In this document: positions 59,823-64,000 of the stretch, piece after piece | Numbering within the stretch: the stretch's first letter is position 1 | Layout of the letters: every line of letters begins with the position of its first letter | Translations under genes and position numbers: made by a program | Origin: Polyangiaceae bacterium | GTDB taxonomy: Bacteria > Myxococcota_A > Polyangia > Polyangiales > Polyangiaceae | Assembly: GCA_044376115.1 (NCBI GenBank) | Contig: JBILLK010000002.1 | Location: 160,001-224,000 of the forward strand | Length of the DNA stretch: 64,000 nt | Reading direction: 5' to 3' | Notes under the pieces: generated by a model | Database searches by the model: none | The model's input: the letters and a program-made list of their open reading frames with translations, nothing else | Told to the model about the DNA's origin: nothing

Positions 59823-62255
59823 ATGGAAACTCGAGACTTCGTCCTCGGAACGCGCGTCAGCGTGGAGGAAGCTGCCCAGCGAACGGCGACGGTAGCGTCC
59901 AACCCGCAGGGTTTTGCGCTGCCAGCGCACCACCTGGTCACCCACGGGGTCGTTCTGGGCATGACCGGAAGCGGCAAAACCGGCTTGTTGATGGTCTTGG
60001 TCGAGGAGGCGCTGCGCTCGAAGGTGCCCACGGTGCTCATCGACATCAAAGGCGACCTGCCGAACCTGCTGTTCCTTTTTCCAGAACTCGCAGCCAGCTC
60101 CTATCAACCGTGGGTTGATGAAGAGGCCGCTCGTCGCTCAGGTCAAACGCGCGAGGCGATGGCGGCGCAACTCGCGACGCAATGGAGTGCTGGCCTCGCG
60201 TCTGCGCAGCTGGCGGCCGACGATGTACGCGCGCTGCGCGAGTCGGTGCACCTTCGAGTCGTTACGCCGGGCGCTTCGATCGCCGAGCCGCTCAACGTGC
60301 TGTCGTCGCTCTCACATCGATCGGCGCTGTGGGGAGTCGACGATGAGGCGGCACACGATGAGTTGGCCGCTGGTATTTCGCTGGTGTTGCGCTTGGCCGG
60401 GTTCGATGGGGAGCCGCGCGGTCGCGAGCATGTGGTGCTTTCCGCTTTGGCTGTGCGGCGGATCGAGCGAGGGGAGCCAGCTCCGTTAGCGGTTTTGTTG
60501 TCGGACTTGCTCAACCCTCCGATCGCGCAGATCGGTGCGATGGCGTTCGACGACTTCTTTCCTCCGAAAGATCGTCAGGCGCTCGCGCAAGGGCTCAACA
60601 CCCTGTTGGCCTCGCCGAGGCTGGCCTCCTGGCAAAAGGGCGCGCCGCTCGATGTGGCCTCCTGGCTCGCACCGCGTGCGGACGGAAAGACGCCTGCAGT
60701 GATCGTTAGCGTCGCGCACCTCGAGGATGAAGAACGGCTGCTCGTACTTGGGCTGCTGCTCGACCAAATGTTGTCCTACGTGCGCGGGCTCTCGGGCAGT
60801 AGTTCGCTGCGTGCGCTCTTGGTCTTCGACGAGATCTTCGGCTTTTTGCCACCTCATCCGCATAACCCACCGACGAAAAGGCCGCTCTTGGCGCTGCTCA
60901 AACAGGCGCGTGCGTTCGGCGTGGGGACCATCGTCGCGACGCAGAACCCGATGGACGTCGACTACAAAGCGCTGTCCAACGCCGGCGCTTGGATCATCGG
61001 CCGGCTGCAAACCGACGCCGATCGGGAACGCGTGGTGGAGGGGCTGCGCGGTGCCGACGGCGGGCTTTCGGGGCTCGAGCCGGGTGAAGTTGAGAACCTG
61101 CTTCGAAACTTGCCGCCTCGAACCTTCTTCGTACGGGACGTTCACGCCAAGCCTGCTTGCGGGCTCGTGCGTTCGCGCTGCGCGATGAGCTGGTTGCGCG
61201 GGCCGGTCACCCGCAGGGAGCTAGCCGCGGTTTGGAAGGCGCTCGCCGACCGGCCAGTGGAGGTGGAGGTTGCGCAGGCGGCGGCGCCCGCCGCAAGCTT
61301 GACTGCCCCGGGCGCGCCGACGGCGCAGCCGGTGTCTTCGGTCGTCGCCGGGAACGCGGCGGTGCCAGCGGCTGGAGCGTCGACCCCGGCTACTTCCGCG
61401 GTCGCGACGGTTGCCCCGGCGTTTGCTGAGGGTTGGCATGCGTTCTTTGAGGCGGATGCACGTGCACAGCTCAAACCGTGGCTGTTCGCGACCATCGTGC
61501 TGCGCGTTCGCAGCGCCAAATTGGGCTTCTCCAGCGAGCGGAAGGCGACCTTGCTGGCTCCTTTCGACTTGAGCGGCCGACCTGAACTCGGGCGGGCGCA
61601 ATTCACCGACCCCGCGCGATTTGCGCCTTCCCCAGGCCCAGGCGCTTCGTTCGGCGAGTTACCGTCGCTGCTCGGTACCAAGAAGGGCCGCGAGGGGATC
61701 GAGAAGTCGCTGCGGGATCACGCCGTCGCGCAAGGCACCTTCGACGTCGAGGTCCATCGGGAACTCGCGCTCTGTCGCGCAGACGGTGAGTCGGCGGAGG
61801 CCTTCCGCGAACGTTGCCGTCAGGAGAGCCTTCGTCGGTTGGGGGAATCCCAGCGTCAGATCCAGGCCGACCATGCGCCAAAGATCGCCAAGCTCGAGGC
61901 CCGTTATCTCGCGGCGCAGCTGGCCGCGCAGAACGCACAGGCCTCGCTTCAAGCAGCTCCCAGCGATCTCGGGGCAGCGCTGGTTGGGCTCGCGCTCGGG
62001 CGGCAAGCGGGGGCTCGCGTCAGCCGCGGACGCGACAAGGCGGCTGGTTCGATGCAAAAGGCGCACGAGGCCTTCGTCAAGGCCGACATCGAGCTGCGCG
62101 CCGCCGTGGCGGAACGAGACACCGAGCTGGCCGCGGCAACGCGCGACGTCGACCGGGTCGCCTTCCAGATCGAGGCAGAGCGCGTTCTTGCGAAAAAAGG
62201 AGATGCCGAGGTGCTGGCGATCGGGGTCTTGTGGCGCAAGGCGGCGGTTGAATAG
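59823..62255 (+). CDS. HerA/FtsK-like (DUF87) ATPase with coiled-coil C-terminus
   Basis: THGVVLGMTGSGKTG, IDIKGD, FDEIFG, LLKQARAFGVG, ATQNP.D.DYK. Confidence 0.88.
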   Translation: METRDFVLGTRVSVEEAAQRTATVASNPQGFALPAHHLVTHGVVLGMTGSGKTGLLMVLVEEALRSKVPTVLIDIKGDLPNLLFLFPELAASSYQPWVDEEAARRSGQTREAMAAQLATQWSAGLASAQLAADDVRALRESVHLRVVTPGASIAEPLNVLSSLSHRSALWGVDDEAAHDELAAGISLVLRLAGFDGEPRGREHVVLSALAVRRIERGEPAPLAVLLSDLLNPPIAQIGAMAFDDFFPPKDRQALAQGLNTLLASPRLASWQKGAPLDVASWLAPRADGKTPAVIVSVAHLEDEERLLVLGLLLDQMLSYVRGLSGSSSLRALLVFDEIFGFLPPHPHNPPTKRPLLALLKQARAFGVGTIVATQNPMDVDYKALSNAGAWIIGRLQTDADRERVVEGLRGADGGLSGLEPGEVENLLRNLPPRTFFVRDVHAKPACGLVRSRCAMSWLRGPVTRRELAAVWKALADRPVEVEVAQAAAPAASLTAPGAPTAQPVSSVVAGNAAVPAAGASTPATSAVATVAPAFAEGWHAFFEADARAQLKPWLFATIVLRVRSAKLGFSSERKATLLAPFDLSGRPELGRAQFTDPARFAPSPGPGASFGELPSLLGTKKGREGIEKSLRDHAVAQGTFDVEVHRELALCRADGESAEAFRERCRQESLRRLGESQRQIQADHAPKIAKLEARYLAAQLAAQNAQASLQAAPSDLGAALVGLALGRQAGARVSRGRDKAAGSMQKAHEAFVKADIELRAAVAERDTELAAATRDVDRVAFQIEAERVLAKKGDAEVLAIGVLWRKAAVE

Positions 62256-62290
62256 GCCACCGACGCAAAGATCCGTTAACCTTAGCGGCG

Positions 62291-63721
62291 ATGGGACCCT
62301 CCCCGCCGCTCCTCGGCCTCGTCTTGGCCGGGCGGTACAGAATCACCGACCATATTGGCGAAGGCGCGATGGCCAGCGTGTTTGCGGGCCAAGACCTCGA
62401 GGCGGGGGGAGTTCGCATCGCGGTCAAGGTGATGCATCCGCACCTGGCCAACGACCGAACCTTCTCCGCTCGGTTCAAGCGCGAGGCCCAGGCCGCCTCG
62501 ATGGTGAAGCATCCGAACAGCGTCGCCATTCAAGCCGTTGGTGAAGAGAACGGTATCCACTTCATCATCATGGAGCTTTGCCCTGGCAAAGACCTGCGCG
62601 AGACGCTCAAGCTCGAACGAAGGCTGAGCGAACTGCGCGCCGTGAAGATTCTGCAGTGTGTGGCGGCTACCTTGCGAGTCGCTCACGAGCTGGGCGTGAT
62701 TCATCGCGATCTGAAGCCGGAGAACGTGATGATTCAGAACGATCCACAAACCGGCGTGGATCTCGTGAAGGTGCTCGACTTCGGCATCGCGAAGCTCGTC
62801 GCTCCGATGCCCAAGCTGCGGGCCTCGCCAACCGACAGCGACCCAGCTCCCGCGATCACGCAGTTTGGCGTGGTGGTTGGAACGCCCCAATACATGTCCC
62901 CCGAGCAGGTGCGCGGCCACGCGCTCGACGGTCGCAGCGACCTCTACACCTGCGGCATCTTGCTCTATCAAATGGTGACGGGCGTATTGCCGTTCGACGG
63001 CGAAAGCCCGCTCGAGGTCGCCGGCCGTCACGCCTTTGAAGCACCCAAACCGCCGAGCCAATTCCTTCCGTCGATCGACCAGGTGTTGGAGCAAATCATC
63101 CTGCGGCTGCTCTCGAAACAGCCAGAAGACCGCCCCCAATCGGCCGCCGCGCTGATTGACGTTCTGCAACTGTGGGAGCGCGGCAAGAGCAACCAGGGGC
63201 CCGTGCGCGGGGTAGGCCAGACGACACCTCTACACGGCGGCTCAGGACCATTCGTCGCGAGTGCGGTGGCTCCCATTGCAGCTACGCCACCTCGAGGTCA
63301 GCTGGGCACCCTGATGGAGTTGGACGCCCCAGCGGCGGCGGGCCAGCGTGCTGCGTCCAACCCGTGGGACGTTGCCCCTTCGTTTGGGACGCCGGCGCAA
63401 GGCTCAGCCAGCCTAAGCGGGGAACTGGTCGCTCCGGCCCAGCCGCTCCCGTTGCGCCCTGGGCAAGGGCCGGCGCCGATGCCAGCGGGTTCCGCGGCTA
63501 CGAATCCACAAGCTGCCGCTGCCAACTCCCCGCCGACGCGCTCTCCGAGCAAGCGATCCTTTGGGATTCTGGGGCTAGTGCTCTTGTTATTGAGCGCTGG
63601 CGTCGGCGTGGGTGTTGGTGTCGGCCTTCACCTGTATTGCGGGGGCGCGCTCACCACGAATGGCCAGTCCGAAAGCGCGGAGCCGCCGGGACCTCCGCCA
63701 GGGGTCCCCTTTTGCCAGTAG
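62291..63721 (+). CDS. Membrane Ser/Thr protein kinase
   Basis: IGEGAMASV, AVK, HRDLKPEN, DFG, GTPQYMSPEQ, TM. Confidence 0.95.
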   Translation: MGPSPPLLGLVLAGRYRITDHIGEGAMASVFAGQDLEAGGVRIAVKVMHPHLANDRTFSARFKREAQAASMVKHPNSVAIQAVGEENGIHFIIMELCPGKDLRETLKLERRLSELRAVKILQCVAATLRVAHELGVIHRDLKPENVMIQNDPQTGVDLVKVLDFGIAKLVAPMPKLRASPTDSDPAPAITQFGVVVGTPQYMSPEQVRGHALDGRSDLYTCGILLYQMVTGVLPFDGESPLEVAGRHAFEAPKPPSQFLPSIDQVLEQIILRLLSKQPEDRPQSAAALIDVLQLWERGKSNQGPVRGVGQTTPLHGGSGPFVASAVAPIAATPPRGQLGTLMELDAPAAAGQRAASNPWDVAPSFGTPAQGSASLSGELVAPAQPLPLRPGQGPAPMPAGSAATNPQAAAANSPPTRSPSKRSFGILGLVLLLLSAGVGVGVGVGLHLYCGGALTTNGQSESAEPPGPPPGVPFCQ

Positions 63722-64000
63722 CTCTTGGCCCAGTAGATCGAGCGCTGTAGAGAAGCTTCGGACGACGCACGCGAGCAGTCGTTCCGCGTCAGCCTCGCTC
63801 ACACCGAGCGGAGCCGAAGGAGAAGCGAGTGCAACGCCCGTGAGCGACGCCCGAGCGAGCGGCAGCGCCGCCGGCGCCTCGCCCGATTCGAAGCGTAGGG
63901 TGAGCCATCGGATCGCTGGGCCGGCGAGGTGGAGCGTCAGTCGCTCGGCTAGATACGAGCGAACAGCGACCTCATCGGCCGCCTCGCGTGACAACGCGCC
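63587..64000 (-). CDS. Hypothetical protein, truncated by window edge
   Basis: Open frame running to the edge; 135-bp convergent overlap with the kinase lowers confidence in its end. Confidence 0.4.
   Translation of the reverse strand, partial: GALSREAADEVAVRSYLAERLTLHLAGPAIRWLTLRFESGEAPAALPLARASLTGVALASPSAPLGVSEADAERLLACVVRSFSTALDLLGQELLAKGDPWRRSRRLRAFGLAIRGERAPAIQVKADTNTHADASAQ

Noticed and set aside
59451..60049. Apparent 600-bp head-to-head overlap of two long ORFs
   Set aside because: Disappears with starts at 59770 (-) and 59823 (+)
59823..62255. HerA-based anti-phage defence system
   Set aside because: No nuclease, SIR2 or NurA partner adjacent

Overview
High-GC chromosomal segment, inferred to come from a myxobacterium (Myxococcota, probably Polyangiales). 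The inference rests on eukaryotic-like Ser/Thr kinases, an FHA protein, AgmX/PglI-type domains, an MglB-like domain and many Cys-rich lipoproteins with Gly-rich linkers. Housekeeping genes: icd, proS, guaA, proA, rsfS, rlmH and thiC, plus sugar ABC permeases and an RND pump. Three accessory systems stand out. (1) A polyhydroxyalkanoate (PHA) locus at about 35.8-45.9 kb. It has a class III-like PhaC, a mini PhaE-like protein and an acyl-CoA ligase downstream of an envelope module (outer-membrane barrel, two paralogous lipoproteins, Tat-type hydrolase), with no phaA/phaB. The divergent phaR, a SatP-winged-helix fusion and a COMM-domain (eukaryotic COMMD-like) gene lie alongside. Four recurring TGC-N3-GCA PhaR-type boxes, two of them an identical 15-mer, link these units. 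(2) An orphan contractile-injection spike module at 26.7-33.9 kb directly after a duplicated rlmH 3' end. It is syntenic with Burkholderia T6SS-5 tagAB-tagB-tagC-tagD, but has a hub-less spike protein and a PAAR-like tip fused to an S41 protease. (3) A 59-aa very basic protein missed by the ORF track. No rRNA, tRNA, CRISPR array, integrase or transposase was recognised. All family calls come from motif recognition by eye; no database search was run.
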